Source of the DNA: Torpedo marmorata
Taxonomy: Eukaryota
Assembly: GCA_977017645.1 (NCBI GenBank)
Contig: OZ360228.1
Span: 87,420,001 to 87,484,000 of the forward strand
Length of the DNA: 64,000 nucleotides
Direction: 5' to 3'
In this document: positions 37,726-52,700 of the stretch, piece after piece
Layout of the letters: the number at the start of each line of letters is the position of its first letter
Numbering within the stretch: the first letter of the stretch is position 1
Notes under the pieces: model-generated
Told to the model about the DNA's origin: nothing
Seen by the model: only the letters and a program-made list of their open reading frames with translations
The model's database searches: none
Position numbers and translations under genes: made by a program

Positions 37726-40700
37726 GGAGCTGAAGAAGACTTTTTTATGAAACTCTATGGAAGTAAATCAAAAACAAGAGATATTTCTGAAGAATTTAAT
37801 GCAGAAGAAGGTCCAGAAATTCAAGAAATCATTCAGAAGGGAAAGATAAAGAAGGAAGAAGGACACGATGTCACCTTTTCTTGCCCCAAGTTTTCAGCTT
37901 TCAAAAAGTCAAAGGAACTAGAGAGATCTCACAGATTATCGGAACCAGAAGAACGTGATGAACATGGCATTACCACTACGTGCACAGATAGCGAATATCA
38001 TTTAAAATCAATGGAAACACCCCAAAAAGTGAAAAAAGGAAGAAAAATAAAACTACCACAAATTGGTAGAAGAGAGATAAACACAGGGAAAAAAGAAGCT
38101 TCTGAAGATGAAAAACAAGAAATTTTGATTGGAATCAAGGATTCTACTGCTGCAGAATGTGACACGCAAATAAATGTGGATGTTACACCACTAAAATCAA
38201 TAGACACCTTAATGATAACCACAAAACAAAATAAACAAATACTGGATAATCAAAGTGAACAAATGGATTGGGACAATGTGAACAGTAAATCCAAAGTCAT
38301 ATTGCCAAAACTCAAAATAGCTAAATTTGTACTTCCAGAACCAATTCTTACAACACAAGATATTGCAACCAAATTACCAGAGGAGAGAACATGCTCTCAA
38401 ACAATGCGACAGGATATTTCACAAAAAGAATTTAGCATTACAGATGTAAAAGATGAGGTCATTCCATTACCAAAGAAACATGAAGCAAGCGTCACTGATA
38501 TTTCAATTCAAACATCTGAAACAAAAAACAAAAAAGACAAGATTGAGAGGCAACAGAAAATAAAAGAACCCAAAATGAAAAAACCCAAAGGGAAAACATC
38601 TGCAACTCAGTCCAAGTCTTCTACCCTTGCAATTGATGTCAGTCTAATGAAAGTTAGCATTTCAAAACCAAGCACAGATAATGTGACAACAGAAGTGAAA
38701 ACAGTGACAAGAACGATGGAGAGTGAAAGCAAGAGTGGACCAAATGAGCAGCAAACCACTGTTCGAAGCGTGGATATCAGTAAGAAGAAACAGAACGGCA
38801 GAATTTCACAGAGCAACGTTCAAGGTGATATCAGAGAGAGAGAGCTGATGACAGCAGGACAAGAAACCAACAAATATGCAAACAATTCAAAAGAAATTCC
38901 AAGTAAAGAAACCAAGAGAGGAAGTAGAAGCCAAAAATCAAAAAATATAAAGCACAAACACGAATTTTCCCAATTTGAACAACAGGATACAAAAATGCAC
39001 TTACAAGCCAAGCCAGATGAAATTCTAAGCGGAACAAAATTGGGAATTACTCTGTCCGATATAACAACTCCAAATATTACTTTGATTCCCAGCCTGCCTA
39101 AATGTGTCACTAGTCAAGCAAAACTTGACAAAGATGTGAAGTTGATTGAACAAGATGACGATGAAAGCAAATTTCAAACAGAAATCTGTGCCAGAAGCAA
39201 ACATGTGGAGGAGCCAGAAGATGGTTTAAAAGTACCCAAGATTGAAAAGCCATCAATAGACAATGCACTTCCAAAGGTGGAAGGTAAATTGGATGTTGAT
39301 GTAGGGGTGTCAAAGCCTGAAATGGATGTTTCAGCTCCCAAACTCACAGTGGACATGAAGGTTCCAGGGACAGACATCCATGCCCCAACAATAGATGTGG
39401 ATATTGACTCAGGTGACATGATGATGAAATATCACGGTGGGAAGTTCAAACATCCGTCGACGAAAATGCCATCACATGGAATAACACTTCCCAAATTGAA
39501 AGGTGGAGATGCAGATGTGGGTTTGAAGAAGCCAGAAGCTGATCTCACTGCTGGAGGTATAGATGTGTCAGGGCCAGAAGCAGGTCTTAAAATGCCCAAG
39601 AAAAAGATACCATCAATTGATATTGAACTTCCAAAGGTGGAAGATAATTTAGATGTTGATGTGTGTATGTCAAAACATGAAATGAATGTTTCAGTTCCAG
39701 AACTGACAGTGGACATGAAAGTTCCAGGGACAGTCAGCCATGCACCAACAACAGATGCAGATGTTAAGGCAGACGACGTAACAATGAAAGAACATGGCAG
39801 TAAGTTCAAAATTCCGTCCATGAAAATGCCGTCATTTGGATTTACTCTTCCCAAGTTCAAAGGTAAAGATGTGGATGTGGGTCTGAAGAAGCCAGATGTG
39901 GACTTATCACTGAAAAAGCCAGATGTTGATATTTCACTGAAAAAGCCTGAAGTGGACACAAAGAGTGAAATGCTGGATGTTGCTGCTACAGAGGATGATG
40001 ATGAGATGTTGACTGCAGATGTTGCAATTAAAAGCAAAGGAAAGAACATCAAAATACCTAAATTTAAAGGGCCATTAATTGGGATTACGGCACCTGATTT
40101 GACACCTCCGAAAATGAGCCTTGACGTGAGCCTGCCCAAGATTGACATTTCTCTCTCTAAAAAAGATGGAGATTTCAAGATGCCAGAAGGAGATATAAAA
40201 GCGGGCAAGTTAGAAGCTGATCTCGAGGCGAGAGTCAAAGATGTTTCAGGCCCAGAAATGGGTTATAAAATGCCCAAGATTGAGAAACAATCCATTGAAA
40301 TGGAACTTCCAAAGGTGGAAGGTAAATTGGATGTTGATGTGGGGATGTCGAAGCCTGATCTGGATGATTCAGCTCCAGAACTGACAGTGGACATGAATGC
40401 TCCGGTAACTCACATCCATGCACCAACAATAGACGCAGATGTTGACACAGCCGACCTAAAACTGAAAGTTCATGGCGGTAAGTTTAAACTTCCATCCATG
40501 AAAATGCCGTCATTAGGGATTAATCTTCCCACCTTCAAAGGTAAAGATGTGGATGTGGGACTGAAAAAGCCAGATGTAGACATTTCACTGAAAAAGCCAG
40601 ATGTGGACATTTCACTGCATAAGCCTGAAGAGGAAGTAAAGAGTGAAATACTGGATGTGGCTGCTACAGAGGGTGATGTTGACATGTTCACTGCCGATTT

Positions 40701-43700
40701 TAATATTAAAGACAAAGGAAAGAAAATAAAAATACCTAAATTTGAAGGGCCATCACTTGGGATTACTGCACCTCATCTGAAATCTCAGGAAATGAGCCTT
40801 GATGTGAGCCTACCCAAAGTTGACATTTCTCTCCCTAAAACAGATGTGGATATCAAGTTGCCAGAAGGGGATATAAAAGCGGGCAAGTTAGAAGCTAATC
40901 TCGAGGCAAGAGTCAAAGATGTTTCAGGCCAGGAAACGGGTTATAAAATGCCCAAGATTGAGAAACAATCCATTGAAATGGTACTTCCAACGGTGGAAGG
41001 TAAATTTGATGTTGATTTGGGTACATCGAAACCTGAACTGGATGTTTCAGGTCCAGAACTGACAGTGGACATGAATGCTCCGGTGACTTACATCCATGCA
41101 CCAACAATAGACGCAGATGTTGACACAGCCGACCTAACAATGAAAGAACATGGCAGTAAGTTTAAAATTCCGTCCATGAAAATGCCATCATTTGAATTTA
41201 CTCTTCCCAAGTTCAAAGGTAAAGATGTGGATGTGGGTCTGAAGAAGGCAGATGTGGATTTATCACTGGAAAAGTCAGATGTGGATATTTCACTGAAAAA
41301 GCCTAAAGTGGACACAAAGAGTGAAATGCTGGATGTTGCTGCTACAGAGGATGATGATGAGATGTTGACTGCAGATGTTGATATTAAAAGCAAAGGAAAG
41401 AAAATCAAAATACCTAAATTTAAAGGGCCATTAATTGGGATTACTGCACCTGATTTGACACCTCCGAAAATGAGCCTTGATGTGAGACTGCCCAAGATGG
41501 ACATTTCTCTCTCTAAAACAGATGGAGATTTCAAGATGCCAGAAGGAGATATAAAAGCGGGCAAGTTAGAAGCTGATCTCGTGGCGAGAGTCAAAGATGT
41601 TTCAGGCCCAGAAATGGGTTATAAAATGCCCAAGATTGAGAAACAATCCATTGAAATGGAACTTCCAAAGGTGGAAGGTAAATTGGATGTTGATGTGGGG
41701 ATGTCGAAGCCTGATCTGGATGATTCAGCTCCAGAACTGACAGTGGACATGAATGCTCCGGTGACTCACATCCATGCACCAACAATAGACGAGGATGTTG
41801 ACACAGCCGACCTAAAAATGAAAGATCATGTCGGTAAGTTTAAACTTCCATCCATGAAAATGCTGTCATTTGGGATTAATCTTCCCACCTTCAAAGGTAA
41901 AGATGTGGATGTGGGACTGAAAAAGCCAGATGTGGACATTTCACTGAAAAAGCCAGATGTGGACATTTCACTGCATAAGCCTGAAGCGTACGTAAAGAGT
42001 GAAATGCTGGATGTGGCTGCTACAGAGGGTGATGATGACATGTTCACTGCAGATTTTAATATTAAAGGCAAAGGAAAGAAAATCAAAATACCTAAATTTG
42101 AAGGGCCATCACTTGGGATTAATGCACCTCATCTGAAATTTCAGGAAATGAGCCTTGATGTAAGTCTGCCCAAGGTTGACATTTCTCTCCCTAAAACAGA
42201 TGGGGATTTCAAGTTGCCAGAAGGAGATATAAAAGCGGACAAGTTAGAAGCTGATCTCGAGGCGAGAGTCAAAGATGTTTCAGGCCCAGAAATTGGTTAT
42301 AAAATGCCCAAGATTGAGAAACAATCCATTGAAATGGAACTTCCAAAGGTGGAAGGTAAATTGGATGTTGATGTGGGGATGTTGAAGCCTGATCTGGATG
42401 ATTCAGCTCCAGAACTGACAGTGGACATGAATGCTCCGGTAACTCACATCCATGCACCAACAATAGACGCAGATGTTGACACAGCCGACCTAAAACTGAA
42501 AGATTATGGCGGTAAGTTTAAACTTCCATCCATGAAAATGCCGTCATTAGGGATTAATCTTCCCACCTTCAAAGGTAAAGATGTGGATGTGGGACTGAAA
42601 AAGCCAGATGTGGACATTTCACTGAAAAAGCCAGATGTGGACATTTCACTGAAAAAGCCTGAAGAGTACGTAAAGAGTGAAATACTGGATGTGGCTGCTA
42701 CAGAGGGTGATGTTGACATGTTCACTGCCGATTTTAATATTAAAGGCAAAGGAAAGAAAATAAAAATACCTAAATTTGAAGGGCCATCACTTGGGATTAC
42801 TGCACCTCATCTGAAATCTCAGGAAATGAGCCTTGATGTGAGCCTGCCCAAAGTTGACATTTCTCTCCCTAAAACAGATGTGGATATCAAGTTGCCAGAA
42901 GGGGATATAAAAGCGGGCAAGTTAGAAGCTAATCTCGAGGCAAGAGTCAAAGATGTTTCAGGCCAGGAAACGGGTTATAAAATGCCCAAGATTGAGAAAC
43001 AATCCATTGAAATGGTACTTCCAACGGTGGAAGGTAAATTTGATGTTGATTTGGGTACATCGAAACCTGAACTGGATGTTTCAGGTCCAGAACTGACAGT
43101 GGACATGAATGCTCCGGTGACTTACATCCATGCACCAACAATAGACGCAGATGTTGACACAGCCGACCTAACAATGAAAGAACATGGCAGTAAGTTTAAA
43201 ATTCCGTTCATGAAAATGCCATCATTTGAATTTACTCTTCCCAAGTTCAAAGGTAAAGATGTGGATGTGGGTCTGAAGAAGGCAGATGTGGACTTATCAC
43301 TGGAAAAGTCAGATGTGGATATTTCACTGAAAAAGCCTAAAGTGGACACAAAGAGTGAAATGCTGGATGTTGCTGCTACAGAGGATGATGATGAGATGTT
43401 GACTGCAGATGTTGATATTAAAAGCAAAGGAAAGAAAATCAAAATACCTAAATTTAAAGGGCCATTAATTGGGATTACTGCACCTGATTTGACACCTCCG
43501 AAAATGAGCCTTGATGTGAGACTGCCCAAGATGGACATTTCTCTCTCTAAAACAGATGGAGATTTCAAGATGCCAGAAGGAGATATAAAAGCGGGCAAGT
43601 TAGAAGCTGATCTCGTGGCGAGAGTCAAAGATGTTTCAGTACCAGAAATGGGTTATAAAATGCCCAAGATTGAGAAACAATCCATTGAAATGGAACTTCC

Positions 43701-46700
43701 AAAGGTGGAAGGTAAATTGGATGTTGATGTGGGGATGTCGAAGCCTGATCTGGATGATTCAGCTCCAGAACTGACAGTGGACATGAATGCTCCGGTAACT
43801 CACATCCATGCACCAACAATAGACGCAGATGTTGACACAGCCGACCTAAAAATGAAAGATCATGGCGGTAAGTTTAAACTTCCATCCATGAAAATGCTAT
43901 CATTTGGGATTAATCTTCCCACCTTCAAAGGTAAAGATGTGGATGTGGGACTGAAAAAGCCAGATGTGGACATTTCACTGAATAAGCCAGATGTGGACAT
44001 TTCACTGCATAAGCCTGAAGCGTACGTAAAGAGTGAAATGCTGGATGTGGCTGCTACAGAGGGTGATGTTGACATGTTCACTGCAGATTTTAATATTAAA
44101 GGCAAAGGAAAGAAAATCAAAATACCTAAATTTGAAGGGCCATCACTTGGGATTACTGCACCTCATCTGAAATTTCAGGAAATGAGCCTTGATGTAAGTC
44201 TGCCCAAGGTTGACATTGCTCTCCCTAAAACAGATGGGGATTTCAAGTTGCCAGAAGGAGATATAAAAGCGGACAAGTTAGAAGCTGATCTCGAGGTGAG
44301 AGTCAAAGATGTTTCAGGCCCAGAAATTGGTTATAAAATGCCCAAGATTGAGAAACAATCCATTGAAATGGAACTTCCAAAGGTGGAAGGTAAATTGGAT
44401 GTTGATGTGGGGATTTCGAAGCCTGATCTGGATGATTCAGCTCCAGAACTGACAGTGGACATTGATGCTCCGGTGACTCACATCCACGCACCACCAATAG
44501 ACGCAGATGTTGACACAGCCGACCTAAAAGTGAAAGATCATGGCGGTAAGTTTAAACTTCCATCCATGAAAATACCGTCATTTGGGATTAATCTTCCCAA
44601 GTTCAAAGGTAAAGATGTGGATGTGGGACTGAAAAAGCCAGATGTGGACATTTCACTGAAAAAGCCAGATGTGGACATTTCACTGCATAAGCCTGAAGAG
44701 TACGTAAAGAGTGAAATGCTGGATGTTGCTGCTACAGAGGATGATGATGAGATGTTGACTGCAGATGTTGATATTAAAAGCAAAGGAAAGAAAATCAAAA
44801 TACCTAAATTTAAAGGGCCATTAATTGGGATTACTGCACCTGATTTGACACCTCCGAAAATGAGCCTTGATGTGAGCCTGACCAAGATTGACATTTCTCT
44901 CTCTAAAAAAGATGGAGATTTCAAGATGCCAGAAGGAGATATAAAAGAGGGCAAGTTAGAAGCTGATCTCGAGGCGAGAGTCAAAGATGTTTCAGGCCCA
45001 GAAATGGGTTATAAAATGCACATGATTGAGAAACAATCCATTGAAATGGAACTTCCAAAGGTGGAAGGTAAATTGGATGTTGATGTGGGGATGTTGAAGC
45101 CTGATCTGGATGATTCAGCTCCAGAACTGACAGTGGACATGAATGCTCCGGTGACTCACATCCATGCACCAACAATAGACGCAGATGTTGACATAGCCGA
45201 CCTAAAAATGAAAGATCATGGCGGTAAGTTTAAACTTCCATCCATGAAAATGCTGTCATTTGGGATTAATCTTCCCACCTTCAAAGGTAAAGATGTGGAT
45301 GTGGGACTGAAAAAGCCAGATGTGGACATTTCACTGAAAAAGCCAGATGTGGACATTTCACTGCATAAGCCTGAAGCGTACGTAAAGAGTGAAATGCTGG
45401 ATGTGGCTGCTACAGAGGGTGATGATGACATGTTCACTGCAGATTTTAATATTAACGGCAAAGGAAAGAAAATCAAAATACCTAAATTTGAAGGGCCATC
45501 ACTTGGGATTACTGCACCTCATCTGAAATTTCAGGAAATGAGCCTTGATGTAAGTCTGCCCAAGGTTGACATTTCTCTCCCTAAAACAGATGGGGATTTC
45601 AAGTTGCCAGAAGGAGATATAAAAGCGGACAAGTTAGAAGCTGATCTCGAGGCGAGAGTCAAAGATGTTTCAGGCCCAGAAATTGGTTATAAAATGCCCA
45701 AGATTGAGAAACAATCCATTGAAATGGAACTTCCAAAGGTGGAAGGTAAATTGGATGTTGATGTGGGGATGTCGAAGCCTGATCTGGATGATTCAGCTCC
45801 AGAACTGACAGTGGACATGAATGCTCCGGTAACTCACATCCATGCACCAACAATAGACGCAGATGTTGACACAGCCGACCTAAAACTGAAAGATCATGGC
45901 GGTAAGTTTAAACTTCCATCCATGAAAATGCCGTCATTAGGGATTAATCTTCCCACCTTCAAAGGTAAAGATGTGGATGTGGGACTGAAAAAGCCAGATG
46001 TGGACATTTCACTGAAAAAGCCAGATGTGGACATTTCACTGCATAAGCCTGAAGAGGAAGTAAAGAGTGAAATACTGGATGTGGCTGCTACAGAGGGTGA
46101 TGTTGACATGTTCACTGCCGATTTTAATATTAAAGGCAAAGGAAAGAAAATAAAAATACCTAAATTTGAAGGGCCATCACTTGGGATTACTGCACCTCAT
46201 CTGAAATCTCAGGAAATGAGCCTTGATGTGAGCCTGCCCAAAGTTGACATTTCTCTCCCTAAAACAGATGTGGATATCAAGTTGCCAGAAGGGGATATAA
46301 AAGCGGGCAAGTTAGAAGCTAATCTCGAGGCAAGAGTCAAAGATGTTTCAGGCCAGGAAACGGGTTATAAAATGCCAAAGATTGAGAAACAATCCATTGA
46401 AATGGTACTTCCAACGGTGGAAGGTAAATTTGATGTTGATTTGGGTACATCGAAACCTGAACTGGATGTTTCACATCCAGAACTGACAGTGGACATGAAT
46501 GCTCCGGTGACTTACATCCATGCACCAACAATAGACGCAGATGTTGACACAGCCGACCTAACAATGAAAGAACATGGCAGTAAGTTTAAAATTCCGTTCA
46601 TGAAAATGCCATCATTTGAATTTACTCTTCCCAAGTTCAAAGGTAAAGATGTGGATGTGGGTCTGAAGAAGGCAGATGTGGACTTATCACTGGAAAAGTC

Positions 46701-49700
46701 AGATGTGGATATTTCACTGAAAAAGCCTAAAGTGGACACAAAGAGTGAAATGCTGGATGTTGCTGCTACAGAGGATGATGATGAGATGTTGACTGCAGAT
46801 GTTGATATTAAAAGCAAAGGAAAGAAAATCAAAATACCTAAATTTAAAGGGCCATTAATTGGGATTACTGCACCTGATTTGACACCTCCGAAAATGAGCC
46901 TTGATGTGAGACTGCCCAAGATGGACATTTCTCTCTCTAAAACAGATGGAGATTTCAAGATGCCAGAAGGAGATATAAAAGCGGGCAAGTTAGAAGCTGA
47001 TCTCGTGGCGAGAGTCAAAGATGTTTCAGTACCAGAAATGGGTTATAAAATGCCCAAGATTGAGAAACAATCCATTGAAATGGAACTTCCAAAGGTGGAA
47101 GGTAAATTGGATGTTGATGTGGGGATGTCGAAGCCTGATCTGGATGATTCAGCTCCAGAACTGACAGTGGACATGAATGCTCCGGTAACTCACATCCATG
47201 CACCAACAATAGACGCAGATGTTGACACAGCCGACCTAAAAATGAAAGATCATGGCGGTAAGTTTAAACTTCCATCCATGAAAATGCTATCATTTGGGAT
47301 TAATCTTCCCACCTTCAAAGGTAAAGATGTGGATGTGGGACTGAAAAAGCCAGATGTGGACATTTCACTGAATAAGCCAGATGTGGACATTTCACTGCAT
47401 AAGCCTGAAGCGTACGTAAAGAGTGAAATGCTGGATGTGGCTGCTACAGAGGGTGATGTTGACATGTTCACTGCAGATTTTAATATTAAAGGCAAAGGAA
47501 AGAAAATCAAAATACCTAAATTTGAAGGGCCATCACTTGGGATTACTGCACCTCATCTGAAATTTCAGGAAATGAGCCTTGATGTAAGTCTGCCCAAGGT
47601 TGACATTGCTCTCCCTAAAACAGATGGGGATTTCAAGTTGCCAGAAGGAGATATAAAAGCGGACAAGTTAGAAGCTGATCTCGAGGCGAGAGTCAAAGAT
47701 GTTTCAGGCCCAGAAATTGGTTATAAAATGCCCAAGATTGAGAAACAATCCATTGAAATGGAACTTCCAAAGGTGGAAGGTAAATTGGATGTTGATGTGG
47801 GGATTTCGAAGCCTGATCTGGATGATTCAGCTCCAGAACTGACAGTGGACATTGATGCTCCGGTGACTCACATCCACGCACCACCAATAGACGCAGATGT
47901 TGACACAGCCGACCTAAAAGTGAAAGATCATGGCGGTAAGTTTAAACTTCCATCCATGAAAATACCGTCATTTGGGATTAATCTTCCCAAGTTCAAAGGT
48001 AAAGATGTGGATGTGGGACTGAAAAAGCCAGATGTGGACATTTCACTGAAAAAGCCAGATGTGGACATTTCACTGCATAAGCCTGAAGAGTACGTAAAGA
48101 GTGAAATGCTGGATGTTGCTGCTACAGAGGATGATGATGAGATGTTGACTGCAGATGTTGATATTAAAAGCAAAGGAAAGAAAATCAAAATACCTAAATT
48201 TAAAGGGCCATTAATTGGGATTACTGCACCTGATTTGACACCTCCGAAAATGAGCCTTGATGTGAGCCTGACCAAGATTGACATTTCTCTCTCTAAAAAA
48301 GATGGAGATTTCAAGATGCCAGAAGGAGATATAAAAGAGGGCAAGTTAGAAGCTGATCTCGAGGCGAGAGTCAAAGATGTTTCAGGCCCAGAAATGGGTT
48401 ATAAAATGCACAAGATTGAGAAACAATCCATTGAAATGGAACTTCCAAAGGTGGAAGGTAAATTGGATGTTGATGTGGGGATGTTGAAGCCTGATCTGGA
48501 TGATTCAGCTCCAGAACTGACAGTGGACATGAATGCTCCGGTGACTCACATCCATGCACCAACAATAGACGCAGATGTTGACATAGCCGACCTAAAAATG
48601 AAAGATCATGGCGGTAAGTTTAAACTTCCATCCATGAAAATGCTGTCATTTGGGATTAATCTTCCCACCTTCAAAGGTAAAGATGTGGATGTGGGACTGA
48701 AAAAGCCAGATGTGGACATTTCACTGAAAAAGCCAGATGTGGACATTTCACTGCATAAGCCTGAAGCGTACGTAAAGAGTGAAATGCTGGATGTGACTGC
48801 TACAGAGGGTGATGATGACATGTTCACTGCAGATTTTAATATTAACGGCAAAGGAAAGAAAATCAAAATACCTAAATTTGAAGGGCCATCACTTGGGATT
48901 ACTGCACCTCATCTGAAATTTCAGGAAATGAGCCTTGATGTAAGTCTGCCCAAGGTTGACATTTCTCTCCCTAAAACAGATGGGGATTTCAAGTTGCCAG
49001 AAGGAGATATAAAAGCGGACAAGTTAGAAGCTGATCTCGAGGCGAGAGTCAAAGATGTTTCAGGCCCAGAAATTGGTTATAAAATGCCCAAGATTGAGAA
49101 ACAATCCATTGAAATGGAACTTCCAAAGGTGGAAGGTAAATTGGATGTTGATGTGGGGATGTCGAAGCCTGATCTGGATGATTCAGCTCCAGAACTGACA
49201 GTGGACATGAATGCTCCGGTAACTCACATCCATGCACCAACAATAGACGCAGATGTTGACACAGCCGACCTAAAACTGAAAGATCATGGCGGTAAGTTTA
49301 AACTTCCATCCATGAAAATGCCGTCATTAGGGATTAATCTTCCCACCTTCAAAGGTAAAGATGTGGATGTGGGACTGAAAAAGCCAGATGTGGACATTTC
49401 ACTGAAAAAGCCAGATGTGGACATTTCACTGCATAAGCCTGAAGAGGAAGTAAAGAGTGAAATACTGGATGTGGCTGCTACAGAGGGTGATGTTGACATG
49501 TTCACTGCCGATTTTAATATTAAAGGCAAAGGAAAGAAAATAAAAATACCTAAATTTGAAGGGCCATCACTTGGGATTACTGCACCTCATCTGAAATCTC
49601 AGGAAATGAGCCTTGATGTGAGCCTGCCCAAAGTTGACATTTCTCTCCCTAAAACAGATGTGGATATCAAGTTGCCAGAAGTGGATATAAAAGCGGGCAA

Positions 49701-52700
49701 GTTAGAAGCTAATCTCGAGGCAAGAGTCAAAGATGTTTCAGGCCAGGAAACGGGTTATAAAATGCCCAAGATTGAGAAACAATCCATTGAAATGGTACTT
49801 CCAACGGTGGAAGGTAAATTTGATGTTGATTTGGGTACATCGAAACCTGAACTGGATGTTTCACATCCAGAACTGACAGTGGACATGAAAGCTCCAGGGA
49901 CTTACATCCATGCACCAACAATAGATGCAGATGTTGAAACAGCCGACCAAACAATGAAAGAACATGGCAGTAAGTTTAAAATTCCGTCCATGAAAATGCC
50001 ATCATTTGGATTTACTCTTCCTAAGTTCAAAGGTAAAGATGTGGATGTGGGTCTGAAGAAGCCAGATGTGGACTTATCACTGGAAAAGCCAGATGTGGAC
50101 ATTTCACTGCATAAGCCTGAAGCGTACGTCAAGAGTGAAATGCTGGATGTGGCTGCTACAGAGGGTGATGTTGACATGTTCACTGCAGATTTTAATATTA
50201 AAGGCAAAGGAAAGAAAATAAAAATACCTAAATTTAAAGGGCCATTAATTGGGATTACTGCACCTGATTTGACACCTCCGAAAATGAGCCTTGATGTGAG
50301 ACTGCCCAAGATGGACATTTCTCTCTCTAAAACAGATGGAGATTTCAAGATGCCAGAAGGAGATATAAAAGCGGGCAAGTTAGAAGCTGATCTCGTGGCG
50401 AGAGTCAAAGATGTTTCAGGCCCAGAAATGGGTTATAAAATGCCCAAGATTGAGAAACAATCCATTGAAATGGAACTTCCAAAGGTGGAAGGTAAATTGG
50501 ATGTTGATGTGGGGATGTCGAAGCCTGATCTGGATGATTCAGCTCCAGAACTGACAGTGGACATGAATGCTCCGGTAACTCACATCCATGCACCAACAAT
50601 AGACGCAGATGTTGACACAGCCGACCTAAAAATGAAAGATCATGGCGGTAAGTTTAAACTTCCATCCATGAAAATGCTGTCATTTGGGATTAATCTTCCC
50701 ACCTTCAAAGGTAAAGATGTGGATGTGGGACTGAAAAAGCCAGATGTGGACATTTCACTGAAAAAGCCAGATGTGGACATTTCACTGCATAAGCCTGAAG
50801 CGTACGTAAAGAGTGAAATGCTGGATGTGGCTGCTACAGAGGGTGATGTTGACATGTTCACTGCAGATTTTAATATTAAAGGCAAAGGAAAGAAAATCAA
50901 AATACCTAAATTTGAAGGGCCATCACTTGGGATTACTGCACCTCATCTGAAATTTCAGGAAATGATCCTTGATGTAAGTCTGCCCAAGGTTGACATTTCT
51001 CTCCCTAAAACAGATGGGGATTTCAAGTTGCCAGAAGGAGATATAAAAGCGGACAAGTTAGAAGCTGATCTCGAGGCGAGAGTCAAAGATGTTTCAGGCC
51101 CAGAAATTGGTTATAAAATGCCCAAGATTGAGAAACAATCCATTGAAATGGAACTTCCAAAGGTGGAAGGTAAATTGGATGTTGATATGGGGATTTCGAA
51201 GCCTGATCTGGATGATTCAGCTCCAGAACTGACAGTGGACATTGATGCTCCGGTGACTCACATCCACGCACCACCAATAGACGCAGATGTTGACACAGCC
51301 GACCTAAAAATGAAAGATCATGGCGGTAAGTTTAAACTTCCATCCATGAAAATACCGTCATTTGGGATTAATCATCCCAAGTTCAAAGGTAAAGATGTGG
51401 ATGTGGGACTGAAAAAGCCAGATGTGGACATTTCACTGAAAAAGCCAGATGTGGACATTTCACTGCATAAGCCTGAAGAGTACGTAAAGAGTGAAATGCT
51501 GGATGTTGCTGCTACAGAGGATGATGATGAGATGTTGACTGCAGATGTTGATATTAAAAGCAAAGGAAAGAAAATCAAAATACCTAAATTTAAAGGGCCA
51601 TTATTTGGGATTACTGCACCTGATTTGACACCTCCGAAAATGAGCCTTGATGTGAGCCTGCCCAAGATTGACATTTCTCTCTCTAAAAAAGATGGAGATT
51701 TCAAGATGCCAGAAGGAGATATAAAAGAGGGCAAGTTAGAAGCTGATCTCGAGGCGAGAGTCAAAGATGTTTCAGGCCCAGAAATGGGTTATAAAATGCA
51801 CAAGATTGAGAAACAATCCATTGAAATGGAACTTCCAAAGGTGGAAGGTAAATTGGATGTTGATGTGGGGATGTCGAAGCCTGATCTGGATGATTCAGCT
51901 CCAGAACTGACAGTGGACATGAATGCTCCGGTGACTCACATCCATGCACCAACAATAGACGCAGATGTTGACACAGCCGACCTAACAATGAAAGAACATG
52001 GCAGTAAGTTTAAAATTCCGTCCATGAAAATGCCATCATTTGAATTTACTCTTCCCAAGTTCAAAGGTAAAGATGTGGAGGTGGGTCTGAAGAAGGCAGA
52101 TGTGGACTTATCACTGGAAAAGCCAGATGTGGACATTTCACTGAAAAAGCCAGATGTGGACATTTCACTGAAAAAGCCAGATGTGGACATTTCACTGCAA
52201 AAGCCTGAAGAGGTCGTAAAGAGTGAAATGCTGGATGTGGCTGCTACAGAGGATGATGTTGACATGTTCACTGCAGAATTTGATATTAAAGGCAAAGGAA
52301 AGAAAATAAAAATACCTAAATTTGAAGGGCCATCACTTGGGATTACTGCACCTCACCTGAAATCTCAGAAACTGACCCTTGATGTGAGCATGCCCAAGGT
52401 TGACCTTTCTCTCCCTAAAACAGATGGGGATTTCAAGTTGCCTGAAGGAGATATAAAAGCGGACAAGTTAGAAGCTGATCTAGAGGCGAGAGTCAAAGAT
52501 GTTTCAGGCCCAGAAATTGGTTATAAAATGCCCAAGATTGAGAAACAATCCATTGAAATGGAACTTCCAAAGGTGGAAGGTAAATTGGATGTTGATGTGG
52601 GGATTTCGAAGCCTGATCTGGTTGATTCAGCTCCAGAACTGACAGTGGACATGAATGCTCCGGTAACTCACATCCACGCACCAACAATAGACGCAGATGT

